A stretch of 64,000 bases of DNA from Candidatus Berkelbacteria bacterium (GCA_029865605.1 JAOUGE010000002.1:24555-88554), one strand, 5' to 3'; positions 28,424 to 38,544 are shown, counted from the first letter of the stretch. Notes: generated by a model from the letters alone, not told the origin. Program-made: numbers and translations.

Positions 28424-29422
28424 ATGAAAAATATTATTGAAGTAAAAAATCTAGTCAAAACTTTCAAGGGTGGCGTGAGGGCGGTTGATGATGTTTCGTT
28501 TTCAGTGCAGCAGGGTCAATTTTTTGGCTTTTTGGGCCCAAACGGTGCTGGCAAAACGACGACGATGCGGGTTTTGGCGACTTTAAGTCAGCCGACAAGC
28601 GGCAAGGTTAAAGTTAACGGTTATGACGTCGTCAAAGAGCCAGACGCTGTCAGAAAGTCAATTGGGTTTGCGATGCAGTCTGTCGGGCTTGATGATTTGG
28701 CTACGGCTTGGGAGAACCTGATTTTGATCGGTAACCTTTACGGTCTGACGGTGCTTCAAGCAAAGGACCGTGCTCGAGAGCTACTGGAAATGTTTCATTT
28801 AGAGAAGGCGGCTGATCGTTATGTTCAGCACTATTCAGGCGGAATGCGCCGCCGGCTTGATGTAGCGACTGCTCTCATGCACAACCCCAAAATATTATTT
28901 TTGGATGAACCGACAGAGGGGTTGGACCCCTCCGGCCGTCGGGTTATATGGAAATATCTTCAAGACTTAAATAAGGGGGGAACAACGATTTTTCTCACCA
29001 CTCACTATATGGAGGAAGCTGACTATCTTACCCGTGATTTGGCAATTATAAATCACGGGAAAATCGTTGTCAGGGACACACCCAAAGAGCTGAAACGAAA
29101 AATAGGCTGTTCCTTTATTAATCTCGAGTTAAGCGATAAGGACAGGAAAAAGGCCTTCGATTTAATCTGTGAAAAGTTTAAGAAGTTGAATTGCAGGCTA
29201 GTGCCTGGGGGATTAGAAATTGAAATTGCCGAGGAGGATAATCTCCTGCCAGCCATTATAAGCGCGCTGGACAAAGTGAAGGTTGAAATCGTTAATTTTA
29301 ATTTGCACTCTCCCTCTCTTGAAGATGTCTTTCTCAAATATGCTGGCGAGAGATTTGAGGGCGAGGAAGCGGGTAAAGGAATTGATCCGTACGTAAGAAT
29401 GCGACAGCGGCCGAGGCATTAA
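28424..29422 (+). CDS. ABC transporter ATP-binding protein (ABC-2 / DrrA-like)
   Basis: Walker A GPNGAGKTTTMR, signature YSGGMRRRL and Walker B ILFLDEPT. Confidence 0.85.
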   Translation: MKNIIEVKNLVKTFKGGVRAVDDVSFSVQQGQFFGFLGPNGAGKTTTMRVLATLSQPTSGKVKVNGYDVVKEPDAVRKSIGFAMQSVGLDDLATAWENLILIGNLYGLTVLQAKDRARELLEMFHLEKAADRYVQHYSGGMRRRLDVATALMHNPKILFLDEPTEGLDPSGRRVIWKYLQDLNKGGTTIFLTTHYMEEADYLTRDLAIINHGKIVVRDTPKELKRKIGCSFINLELSDKDRKKAFDLICEKFKKLNCRLVPGGLEIEIAEEDNLLPAIISALDKVKVEIVNFNLHSPSLEDVFLKYAGERFEGEEAGKGIDPYVRMRQRPRH

Positions 29423-30193
29423 ATGAAACAATCTTTTTTCAGGACATTTAGCTATCTATTTATCAGGGCAATCAAGCAGGCCATAAGGCCTTTAATCGCG
29501 ATCCTACCGAGCTTTTTTATGCCGCTTTTTTTCTTTATCGTTTACTCTTATGCCTTTACCAATATCAGCAATCTGCCTGGCTTTGGGGGCTCGAGTTACC
29601 TGGCTTTTTATTCTCCGGTCGCGCTGCTTATGGCGGTCTTTTTTACCTCGGGTGATGCCGGTTTCGAGCTAATGTTGGATATCACTAGCGGATACTTTGA
29701 GAAGCTTCTTTTGGCGCCTATTCCACGCTTGGCCATACTCTTGCCAAGAATAGTAGCAATGGGCCTGAGGGCTCTGGCTCAATCTATCGTTATGCTGATT
29801 TTACTTTTCTTGTTTGGCGCGCCTCTTAAAGGCGGGATAGTGGGAATTCTGCTTATCTTCGGTTTGGTTATAATTTTCGGGATGGGTTGGTCGGGCATTG
29901 GCTTGACCCTCGCCGCTTTAACCAAAAACCCAAGGGTGCTTCAGACCTCATTTATTTTTACTTTTCCTCTAACCTTTATCACAACAGCGCAGCTTCCTAA
30001 GGAGTTGCTGACTGGTTGGTATAAAGTAGCTGTAACAATTAACCCCCTTACTTATATTCTGGAAGGCGTAAGGGGGATTATGACCCAAGGAGTGGACTGG
30101 CACCAAGTAGCCGTTTCTTACCTTGTAGCGTTTTTGATTTTGGTTGTGACATCGGCAAGTTCTATCTGGGCTTTCAAAAGAATGGTACGCTGA
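29423..30193 (+). CDS. ABC-2 family transporter permease
   Basis: Six TM helices. The ATG overlaps the stop of the upstream ATPase gene. Confidence 0.7.
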   Translation: MKQSFFRTFSYLFIRAIKQAIRPLIAILPSFFMPLFFFIVYSYAFTNISNLPGFGGSSYLAFYSPVALLMAVFFTSGDAGFELMLDITSGYFEKLLLAPIPRLAILLPRIVAMGLRALAQSIVMLILLFLFGAPLKGGIVGILLIFGLVIIFGMGWSGIGLTLAALTKNPRVLQTSFIFTFPLTFITTAQLPKELLTGWYKVAVTINPLTYILEGVRGIMTQGVDWHQVAVSYLVAFLILVVTSASSIWAFKRMVR

Positions 30194-30219
30194 AAAGAGG
30201 CTGGCAAGGACTTGCTGTT

Positions 30220-31881
30220 TTAGGGGCCAAAAGATCTCAAGTAAAGCTTTTCGATGTATTCTTTAAGCATTCTTGAAGCGCTAAATTCATCGCTAACCAG
30301 GACTCTCGCTGAATCCATTTTCTTAAACCATTCATCTGAGGGCTTGCCTCGGCCGGAGTTGTAGTATAAAGGCACGACTTTGTTTTTTAAAGTTTCAATG
30401 ATGTCATCGCCGATGTTTTCGGATGATAAAGTCCAGCCGATTTTTTCTAGTCCCACTTCAGCCAGCCAGCCGTCTTTTGTCGAGATAAGCAAAGTTCCGT
30501 TAAGGGCTGCCTTCATTGTCGAAGTGCCGCAGGCTTCCCATCCAACCATGGGTGTGTTAAGCCAGACGTCTGCTCCAGAAACCAAATGTTTTGCCACATC
30601 TAATGAGTAGTTGTCGATGTAGACAAGGTGTTCCCTTAGTTCGGCCCCGGCCAATCTTTTTATTTCATTAACCATCTGGATTCCGGCAGAATCAGCGTGA
30701 TGAGGAACACCGGCGATAATAATTCTTAGTGGTTGGTTCGGATTATTTACAATCGGAACCAGCTCTCTAATTTTTTCAAATAAAGCAAGAGGTCTTTTAT
30801 AAGACACAATTCTTTTTGCCCAGCATAGCACTAGCTCGTTTTGCTCCCACTTTCCGCCTGTTTGGGAGTTGATTCTATCTAAAAGTATCTGCTTGTTTTT
30901 TTGATGTGCCTCGAAGGCATTTTTTCCGGGGCCTATCTTGTCCCAGGTTTTAAGATGAATTCCGTTGGTGACAGCCCCGATTTTAAATTCCGGCCAGAGT
31001 TCTTTGGCCTCGCGACTGTGAAGCTGGCTGACGCAGTTAGTCGCCCCCGAGCTTTTAAGAGCAAGTAAGGTCATGGAAAAGCTTTTCTCTCCGGGTACGT
31101 GCCCGTAGAGTATCAGATCTTGGAGATTAAGACCGTTTTGTCTGGCGTAATTGTTAAGATGGGTTTCGACCAGTTCGACCGGAAAGGCATCATTGCCGAC
31201 TGCGACCAAAGTGTGGTTAGTGTAGGCAATTTGCCTGACCGCTTTTTGCATTGCATTCCTAAACTCGATTTTTTCGTTCTTTGCAATATTTTGGGCTACC
31301 TGATAGGCAAGAAAGGCTCCATAGCTGTCATTCATATGGTAGATCGAGGGTTGGTATCCGGCTGCTTCAAGGAATTTGACTCCGCCGATTCCCAAAATGA
31401 TTTCTTGCATGATGCGGACGTCTTGGTCGCCGCTGTATAGGTAGTCTGAAATCCGGCTGTATTCCGGCTCATTTTCTTCAACATTGGTGTCTAGAAAATA
31501 AACAGGTACGGTCTCTGAATCATAGACCCAGCCTTTTACTACCACTTCCTTGCTATTGACCGAAACAGCTATTTTAATCCTTTCTCCGTCTGACCCTATT
31601 GCTGGTTTTAGTCCCATCTGCTCGGGGGAAAGTGTTTGGTGGTTATCTGTTACGGCTGATTTGTAACCGTGATAGTAAAATAGACCAACCCCTACCATTG
31701 GAAATTTTTGATCAAATGCCTCTTTAACGATATCCCCGGCGAGCACTCCAAGTCCGCCGGCAATTGGGAATTGGTTGTTTATACCAAATTCGGTGCAAAA
31801 ATAGGCAACCGGGTTACGCTCAAATAAAGCCTGGGTCTTACTTTTTCGAAAGTTCTCAAACCAAATATCATGCTGGCTCAT
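30220..31881 (-). CDS. glgP: alpha-glucan (glycogen/maltodextrin) phosphorylase, short GT35 form
   Basis: GGLGVLAGD near the N-terminus and the pyridoxal-phosphate-lysine motif EACGTSTMKAALNG. Confidence 0.8.
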   Translation of the reverse strand: MSQHDIWFENFRKSKTQALFERNPVAYFCTEFGINNQFPIAGGLGVLAGDIVKEAFDQKFPMVGVGLFYYHGYKSAVTDNHQTLSPEQMGLKPAIGSDGERIKIAVSVNSKEVVVKGWVYDSETVPVYFLDTNVEENEPEYSRISDYLYSGDQDVRIMQEIILGIGGVKFLEAAGYQPSIYHMNDSYGAFLAYQVAQNIAKNEKIEFRNAMQKAVRQIAYTNHTLVAVGNDAFPVELVETHLNNYARQNGLNLQDLILYGHVPGEKSFSMTLLALKSSGATNCVSQLHSREAKELWPEFKIGAVTNGIHLKTWDKIGPGKNAFEAHQKNKQILLDRINSQTGGKWEQNELVLCWAKRIVSYKRPLALFEKIRELVPIVNNPNQPLRIIIAGVPHHADSAGIQMVNEIKRLAGAELREHLVYIDNYSLDVAKHLVSGADVWLNTPMVGWEACGTSTMKAALNGTLLISTKDGWLAEVGLEKIGWTLSSENIGDDIIETLKNKVVPLYYNSGRGKPSDEWFKKMDSARVLVSDEFSASRMLKEYIEKLYLRSFGP

Positions 31882-31957
31882 ATCATTATCATACCAGAAC
31901 GAAAAACCATCTTTTGCAAAATTGTCTCTCTGGCTCTAAAATGAACATAGAGGGGAA

Positions 31958-34030
31958 ATGAAGAAAGAAACTTATGGGTGTCTTTCGGGTCGTCCCCATC
32001 CTTTGGGTGCGACTCCGGATGAAAATGGGGTAAATTTTTCTGTTTTTTCGGAGCACGCCAGCTCTGTTGAGCTTTTGCTTTTTTCCCGGCATGATGATCC
32101 AGAGCCGGCTCAAGTTTTTGTACTCGACCCTAAAAAGAATAACAGCTTCCATTTCTGGCACATTTATGTCAAGGGTCTTAAACTTGGGGCGGTTTATGCT
32201 TTTAGGGTTGATGGCGAAAGAGATCCTGCAGAGCATGGTTTTAGGTTTGACCAAGATAAAGTGCTGATTGACCCATATGCCAGGGGAAATACTAATGAGC
32301 TTTGGGATCGCCAAGCTGCTTGTGTTGTAGGTGACAATATGGCGAAATCGATGCGCTCGGTTGTGATCGACACGTCTGTTTATGATTGGGAGGGGGATAA
32401 ACCACTAAAGTTACCGATGAGCAAAACTGTTATTTACGAGCTTCATGTTGGCGGGTTTACTAAATCACCGACTTCGAAGGCTTCGCACCCCGGGAAATTC
32501 AAAGGTTTAATTGAAAAAATCCCTTATCTCAAAGACCTTGGAGTAACCGCAGTCGAACTAATGCCGGTCATGGATTTTGACTCTTCGGAATATCATCTCT
32601 CTCCAGATAAGAGTAAATTGCTGAAAAATTACTGGGGGTATGGCACAATCGGATATTTTGCGCCGGAGAGCTCGTACTGTGTTTCACCTAATGAAGGCAC
32701 GCACACAAAAGAATTTCGCGATATGGTCAAGGCTTTTCACAAGGCGGGTATTGAGGTGATCCTTGACGTTGTCTTTGGCTACAGCGGAGAAGGCGATGAG
32801 CATGGCCCAACCATCAGTTTTAGGGGTTTTGACAACCCCGTTTACTATTTGCTTAGCCCGCAGGATAGAAACTTTTATATGAACTTCTCGGGTTGCGGCA
32901 ATACTTTTAGATGCAATCATCCGATTGTGAGCAAATTCATCATTGATTGCCTTGAATTTTGGGTGAGAGAAATGCATGTTGACGGTTTTCGTTTTGATGA
33001 AGCCTCGATTTTGTCTCGTGGTGAAGATGGGAATCCGATTGCCTATCCACCAGTTCTTTGGAATATTGAACTCTCTAAAATTCTCTCGGGAACGAAAGTT
33101 ATTGCCGAGGCTTGGGATGCCGCTGGCCTCTATCAGGTGGGATATTTTCCCGGCTACAGATATTCGGAATGGAATGGCCACTTCCGTGACGATGTGAGGC
33201 GCTTTGTTCGGGGTGACCCGGGGATGGTTGGGGCGGTGGCCGAAAGGATCGCTGGTAGCCCCGACCTATATCAACCGGCGGGAAGGCTGCCGGCGAATAG
33301 CATTAATTTTGTTGCTTGTCATGACGGCCTGACAATTAACGATCTTGTTTCGTACGCTGAGAAACATAATCAGGATAACGGTTTTGATAATAGCGACGGA
33401 ATCAATGAAAACTTAAGCTATAACTATGGGGCTGAAGGGGCGACTGACGACAAAGCAATTGAGCAAACGAGGTTAAAACAAATAAAGAACTTCTTTACGA
33501 TTTTGATGCTTTCCCGAGGCACGCCGATGATTTCGATGGGGGATGAGATAAGAAGAACTCAACTTGGCAATAATAACACTTACTGCCAGGATAGTGAGAT
33601 CAGCTGGCTTAATTGGGATAATGTTCGCATTCATGCCTCTCTTTTGGGATTTGTCAAAAAGCTGATAGGTTTTCGTAAAAACCACGAAGAGTTTTGCGAG
33701 AATAGCTTCTTCACCGGCGAGGTCAATCCCAGAGGGCTTCCCGATATCGCTTTTCACGGTTGCCATCTTTATAACCCTGGCTGGAGTGATCCCTCAAGCC
33801 GGGTTTTGTCTTTTACAATTGGGGGTAAATCTGATAATCAGGATATTCACGTGGTGATGAATATGGATTTTCAACCTTTAGATTTTGAAATTCCCGAGGT
33901 TGGAGATAGAAAATGGTTCAAAGTGATCGATACCTCTTTGGATATTTCCTTTTCAGAGAGAGGAGATTTGGTTGAGGGGAGGATGCTGACTTTGCCTCCA
34001 AGGAGCATTGTTGTGTTGACAAATAGATAG
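31958..34030 (+). CDS. glgX: glycogen debranching enzyme / isoamylase (GH13, GlgX-type)
   Basis: N-terminal CBM48-like region and GH13 regions (VILDVVFGYS, GFRFDEAS, EAWD). Confidence 0.8.
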   Translation: MKKETYGCLSGRPHPLGATPDENGVNFSVFSEHASSVELLLFSRHDDPEPAQVFVLDPKKNNSFHFWHIYVKGLKLGAVYAFRVDGERDPAEHGFRFDQDKVLIDPYARGNTNELWDRQAACVVGDNMAKSMRSVVIDTSVYDWEGDKPLKLPMSKTVIYELHVGGFTKSPTSKASHPGKFKGLIEKIPYLKDLGVTAVELMPVMDFDSSEYHLSPDKSKLLKNYWGYGTIGYFAPESSYCVSPNEGTHTKEFRDMVKAFHKAGIEVILDVVFGYSGEGDEHGPTISFRGFDNPVYYLLSPQDRNFYMNFSGCGNTFRCNHPIVSKFIIDCLEFWVREMHVDGFRFDEASILSRGEDGNPIAYPPVLWNIELSKILSGTKVIAEAWDAAGLYQVGYFPGYRYSEWNGHFRDDVRRFVRGDPGMVGAVAERIAGSPDLYQPAGRLPANSINFVACHDGLTINDLVSYAEKHNQDNGFDNSDGINENLSYNYGAEGATDDKAIEQTRLKQIKNFFTILMLSRGTPMISMGDEIRRTQLGNNNTYCQDSEISWLNWDNVRIHASLLGFVKKLIGFRKNHEEFCENSFFTGEVNPRGLPDIAFHGCHLYNPGWSDPSSRVLSFTIGGKSDNQDIHVVMNMDFQPLDFEIPEVGDRKWFKVIDTSLDISFSERGDLVEGRMLTLPPRSIVVLTNR

Positions 34031-34111
34031 TGTTAGACTTAGCTTAAGTGCCCCTTGAGGTTCTTTTTTACAGTTACAGATAAGTCTAAATAAAAGGAGG
34101 AAAGCTATTTA

Positions 34112-35422
34112 GTGGCGAAATTTGGAGAAGTATTCAGCCGCGTTTTTCGGCAAGCATTCGGGCAGTTTAAGAGGAGGTCATTGGGGAAAATGCCGAAAAA
34201 TAGTTCTCCTGTTGTAGGGGAGAAGGTTTTGATGTTTGGCTGGGAATTGCCCCCATTTAATAGTGGTGGCTTGGGGGTGGCCTGCTTTGAGCTGGCTCGA
34301 TCTCTTACCCAGTTTGGTGTCAAAGTTACTTTTGTTTTGCCCCAGACCCAGGCAATCAAAATCCCGTTTCTTAAACTGCTCTTTGCCGACCAAGGGAATT
34401 TGAGGGTTAAATCTGTTAAAACTAAGCTGCATCCATACATCAGTTCAAAGCTCTCAAAAGATGATCTGACGGAAAGCGAAAAAGAAAGATATTCGCAGGA
34501 GCTGGTCAGTGAAGTCGAGGGGTACGGCAGAAGAGCAGTGAAGATTGCCAAAAGCGAAAAATTCGATATTATCCACGCTCATGATTGGCTTTCTTTTCCC
34601 GCTGGAGTTGAAGCGAAGAGAGCGACGGGCAAACCGTTAATAGTTCATGTTCATGCGACCGAGTTTGATCGCTGCGGTGGTGAATGTGTTGACGCGAGAA
34701 TTTATGAGATTGAGAAAAGGGGCCTGGAGGCAGCTGACAAGATAATCGTTGTGAGTGATTTTACCAAGAGAAAAATTATTAAATACTACGGTATTAGCGC
34801 AGATAAAATTGAGGTGGTTCATAACGGCCTAACCTCTCTTGATCGCAAAGGAAAGGCAAGCCTTGAAGCATTTAAGAAAACTGGCTATCGCGTAGTTCTA
34901 TTTTTAGGGCGAATGACTTTGCAAAAAGGTCCGGATTGGTTTTTAAAAGCTGCTCAAAAAGTTCTCAGAGTTTATCCTAAGGTGCTATTTATTATGGTCG
35001 GAACTGGGGACATGGAAAGGCAGGTGATTGAAGAAGCAGCCCAAATGGGGATTTCAGACAGAGTTCTTTTTACGGGTTATGTTAAAAATGAGGATTTAAG
35101 CCGGATGTACCGCACTGCCGATCTTTATGTTATGCCTTCTGTATCGGAACCTTTCGGAATTGTTGCTCTTGAAGCTTTGTCCTATAAAACTCCGGTTATA
35201 ATCTCAAAACAATCAGGCGTTGCCGAAACGGTTAACCACGCCCTCAAGGTTGACTTTTGGGACACTGATGAGATTGCCAATAAGATTAATGCTATCTTAA
35301 CCCACCCCTCGCTTCGCCGCTGTCTCAAAAATTATGGCGAAGCCGAGGCGAAAAAGAATAACTGGAGAAAAGCCGCCCTTAAGTGTATCGGGGTGTATCG
35401 GAGTTTTGCAAGTTCGAAGTGA
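34112..35422 (+). CDS. GT4-family glycosyltransferase, glycogen-synthase-like
   Basis: SGGLGVACFELARSL, then the GT-B fold E...E motif region (MPSVSEPFGIVALEAL). The start is uncertain between 34112, 34190 and 34232. Confidence 0.6.
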   Translation: MAKFGEVFSRVFRQAFGQFKRRSLGKMPKNSSPVVGEKVLMFGWELPPFNSGGLGVACFELARSLTQFGVKVTFVLPQTQAIKIPFLKLLFADQGNLRVKSVKTKLHPYISSKLSKDDLTESEKERYSQELVSEVEGYGRRAVKIAKSEKFDIIHAHDWLSFPAGVEAKRATGKPLIVHVHATEFDRCGGECVDARIYEIEKRGLEAADKIIVVSDFTKRKIIKYYGISADKIEVVHNGLTSLDRKGKASLEAFKKTGYRVVLFLGRMTLQKGPDWFLKAAQKVLRVYPKVLFIMVGTGDMERQVIEEAAQMGISDRVLFTGYVKNEDLSRMYRTADLYVMPSVSEPFGIVALEALSYKTPVIISKQSGVAETVNHALKVDFWDTDEIANKINAILTHPSLRRCLKNYGEAEAKKNNWRKAALKCIGVYRSFASSK

Positions 35423-35524
35423 GGCCGCACTATCCATAATTGCTAAGCTAGTTATGTAGTGTAATAATGTATTTGCACGAATACCTAATTTTACTTTTTA
35501 CTTTTTACATTTTACATTTATAGT

Positions 35525-36763
35525 ATGTCTTCAGTCTGTTTTTATTTTCAAGTTCATCAACCACATCGGGTTAAGAAATATACTGTTTTTGATGTTGGGA
35601 GCGACAGGGATTATTTCAAAGATAGTCATAATGAGCGGCTTGATAACAAAAAGATTTTAGAGAAAGTTGCCAGGAAAGCTTATCTGCCTACGACCGCCCT
35701 GCTTTACGAGCTACTTAAAAAACATCCTGAGTTTAAAATTAGCTTTTCGATTTCAGGGACGCTTCTGGAGCAGCTTGAGGAGCATCTGCCTGAAGTAATT
35801 GATTCGTTCAAACGCCTGGTGGCAACCGGGCGAGTCGAGCTTTTAAATGAAACTTACTATCATTCTCTCGCCTTTATCCACTCTAAGGATGAATTTCGCC
35901 GACAAGTTGAGCATCACCAGAGGAAAATAGATTCTGTATTTGCTGTTAAACCAAAAGTTTTTCGCAATACCGAGCTAATTTATTGTAATGATCTCTCGCA
36001 AGAGATAGCAAAAATGGGTTATTCGGGGATGCTTCTTGAGGGAGCTGACCATGTTTTAGGCTGGCGGAGTCCCAATTATATCTATTCGGCTAAGGATAAT
36101 CCTAATCTTAAGTTGCTTCTTCGAAACTATAAGCTTTCCGATGATATTGCTTTTCGGTTTTCAAACCGTCATTGGGAGGAATTTCCGCTTAACTCGAGTA
36201 AATTTGCCGATTGGGTGTCGCAGGTCAATGGAACCGGCGAGGTAGTTAATCTTTTTATGGATTTTGAGACATTTGGCGAGCACCATTGGGAAGATACAGG
36301 AATTTTTGAATTTTTAAGGACCTTGCCTCGCGAGCTTTTAAAACATCCTGATAACGACTTTGTCACACCAAGTGAGGCAATTGAGCGCTATGAGCATAGA
36401 GGGGAGCTCGATGTTCCCGATTTTACTTCTTGGGCCGATATTGAAAGAGATCTTTCTGCTTGGCTTTCCAATCCAATGCAGGCTGATGCGATGAAGAAGC
36501 TTTATGGTCTGGAAAAGAAGATTCTTTTAAGTGGCGATGAGAGGTTAATTGAAGATTGGCGGCGTCTGCAGACTTCGGATCACTTCTATTATATGTGCAC
36601 GAAGTGGTTTGCCGACGGCGATGTCCACAAATATTTTAATCCTTATGAAACTCCCTATGAAGCCTTCATCAACTATATGAATGTGATAGCCGATCTGAAA
36701 TTAAGACTTAAAGAAAGTTCTGCTTTGAGAACTCGCAGAAAAACTAAGCTAAGTCCTAAATAG
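35525..36763 (+). CDS. GH57-family glycoside hydrolase (alpha-amylase / glucanotransferase-like)
   Basis: N-terminal FQVHQPHR, FSISGTLLEQL and ELLNETYYHSLAF resemble the conserved GH57 regions. Confidence 0.5.
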   Translation: MSSVCFYFQVHQPHRVKKYTVFDVGSDRDYFKDSHNERLDNKKILEKVARKAYLPTTALLYELLKKHPEFKISFSISGTLLEQLEEHLPEVIDSFKRLVATGRVELLNETYYHSLAFIHSKDEFRRQVEHHQRKIDSVFAVKPKVFRNTELIYCNDLSQEIAKMGYSGMLLEGADHVLGWRSPNYIYSAKDNPNLKLLLRNYKLSDDIAFRFSNRHWEEFPLNSSKFADWVSQVNGTGEVVNLFMDFETFGEHHWEDTGIFEFLRTLPRELLKHPDNDFVTPSEAIERYEHRGELDVPDFTSWADIERDLSAWLSNPMQADAMKKLYGLEKKILLSGDERLIEDWRRLQTSDHFYYMCTKWFADGDVHKYFNPYETPYEAFINYMNVIADLKLRLKESSALRTRRKTKLSPK

Positions 36764-37415
36764 CTTTTACGAGGTCGGCTTCGACGATTAATCTTCTCCA
36801 GCTGGTTCCGATTGGAACGCAGGTCATAAGGTGAAGGACTTTCGGATTTTGTCCTCCGAAATTAATATTTATCCCGTCGTTGCCTGCGACCTGGTAGATC
36901 TTTTTAACCTTGTAGAAGTAAGTGACGTCTTTTCTTCGGATCGTGATGTCGTCGCCCTCCTTGGCTCTGATAAGCGGAGCAAAGACGCTTTTGTAGCTCC
37001 CCTTGCTCCACCAGTAATAGGAACTGTGTCCAGCGATTAGAACATCGCCGTTGGCGTCGGGGGTTGCTGTGCCATCGAGGTGAATAAGGCTGTCAGGCAT
37101 AAGCCGGTGGACATTGGATTTAAGAACGTTCCACTCAACTGGAGCCTTAATATTCAAGGCCGGATAATAAAGCCAATCGTTTTTGAACTGCTTGGCTAGC
37201 TCTGATCGAAGTTGGGCGAGCTGGTCTACCTGCGGTTTGTACGATATTGAAGTTGCTTTGTCTATTGCTTGAGACGTTGATTCCTCCGCTGAAACGGGGT
37301 TGAACTTAGCTTTGAAGAGCTTTAAGAGTGTTGGAGCATTTAGGGCAATATAAGCTCCGTAGCTTACCAACGCTAAAGCAATGATCGACTTTAAGATTTT
37401 AATCGTGACTTTCAT
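36756..37415 (-). CDS. sortase (cysteine transpeptidase)
   Basis: N-terminal TM, LIAGHSSYYW (His), LHLMTCVPIGTSWRR (the TLxTC-type Cys, and an Arg). The ATG at 37415 (MKVTIK) avoids overlap with the upstream gene. Confidence 0.7.
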   Translation of the reverse strand: MKVTIKILKSIIALALVSYGAYIALNAPTLLKLFKAKFNPVSAEESTSQAIDKATSISYKPQVDQLAQLRSELAKQFKNDWLYYPALNIKAPVEWNVLKSNVHRLMPDSLIHLDGTATPDANGDVLIAGHSSYYWWSKGSYKSVFAPLIRAKEGDDITIRRKDVTYFYKVKKIYQVAGNDGININFGGQNPKVLHLMTCVPIGTSWRRLIVEADLVKAI

Positions 37416-37425
37416 CTGGTAGCGA

Positions 37426-38406
37426 TTAGGATTTGGCGATTCGGTAAACGATAAACCCACCAATTGTAGCGACTAGAACGATAAGAACTATGAACGAGGG
37501 GCCTGATTTGATGCCCGAAACAAGCAAGTTACCGTCTGGCGAAGCGAAGATATTCGCCGTTGTAACTTGAGTCCCTGTGGCAGTCGGCGTTTCTTCAGGT
37601 TCTAAGGATTCGGTTGGTGAAACGGTCGGTGTTGAAGTTAGCTCTGGAATTATTGGTGTTCCGCTGTCGCCGGGTCCGGGTGGAACTGGCGGTGTTCCGC
37701 TGTCGCCGGGTTCGGGTGGAACTGGCGGTGTTCCGCTTTCGCCTGGGCCGGGAGGAACCGGCGGTGCTCCGACCGAGCCCGTAGCTGTAACTATAGCGGA
37801 GGGCGTAACGGTCGCGACTGCTGTAACCCTTCCCCAAACCCCGAGATTGAGCAATTGGGGGGATTGGTTGGAATTATCCGCGATTAGGGTGATTTTATAT
37901 TTTATATATTTGTATTTTCTTGTGCCCAGTCTTGAAGCAAGTTCGACCGTGTCGGTTCGGTTGGAGCTATAGGTAGGGCTCCATGTTTTTCCGTCTCTTG
38001 AAACGTTTACTTCTAGGTTTATCCGCGACGCGTTAGGATAGGGCCTTCTCACGCCAATCTTCACTTTAGTAAGAAGGGAGAGCTGGCTTAAATCGGCCCT
38101 TCCTTCAATCGTTCCTCTTTCTCTTTGTGAAGATAGCACGATCTTGTCGCCGGAGCGGACGACACCAGTTAAAGTATCCTGAGCAAAATGACCCTTTGAA
38201 ACCCTTTTAAATTTTAAAACCCGTTCCTGGGCCGAAACATCGGCTAAGATTTCGATACCTTTGCTCAAGAGGTAGGATCTTAGTAAGAAGAGTCCGGCTA
38301 CGGCCAGGGCCGTAAGCACAATCGTAATAATTATCTTAGTAACTTTCGAGCCCGCTTTGCCTGGGTCGGGCTTTATTCTATCTGCCATTTCCCCTCCATT
38401 CCCCAC
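37426..38406 (-). CDS. surface protein with Pro-rich repeats, an N-terminal signal anchor, and a C-terminal hydrophobic segment plus basic tail (RIAKS)
   Basis: Repeats GTPPVPP(G/E)PG(D/E)S x3. The C-terminus reads ...SGIKSGPSFIVLIVLVATIGGFIVYRIAKS*. It ends 10 nt upstream of the sortase gene. Confidence 0.55.
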   Translation of the reverse strand: MGNGGEMADRIKPDPGKAGSKVTKIIITIVLTALAVAGLFLLRSYLLSKGIEILADVSAQERVLKFKRVSKGHFAQDTLTGVVRSGDKIVLSSQRERGTIEGRADLSQLSLLTKVKIGVRRPYPNASRINLEVNVSRDGKTWSPTYSSNRTDTVELASRLGTRKYKYIKYKITLIADNSNQSPQLLNLGVWGRVTAVATVTPSAIVTATGSVGAPPVPPGPGESGTPPVPPEPGDSGTPPVPPGPGDSGTPIIPELTSTPTVSPTESLEPEETPTATGTQVTTANIFASPDGNLLVSGIKSGPSFIVLIVLVATIGGFIVYRIAKS

Positions 38407-38488
38407 ATCTTATTAAAACAGAAGTGTGGGTTCACCCTCATATTATTAAAATTAACTCTGTATCTATTTTTTCAGGAATTTATTTATT

Positions 38489-38503
38489 TGTCAAAATTTG
38501 ACA
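38489..38503. promoter_or_regulatory. perfect inverted repeat TGTCAAA-A-TTTGACA in a divergent intergenic region (operator-like)
   Basis: 7-bp arms with a 1-nt centre. It overlaps a TTGACA -35-like hexamer (38498-38503) oriented toward the riboswitch. Confidence 0.3.
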
Positions 38504-38544
38504 TATCTTGTTTGTTTTGAAATATTACGAATTGGTTCATTAAA

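Noticed and set aside
37577-37972. 131-aa plus-strand ORF opposite the Pro-rich repeat region of the surface protein.
   Set aside because: It is the reverse-complement read of GGT/CCG-rich repeat codons, a composition artefact.
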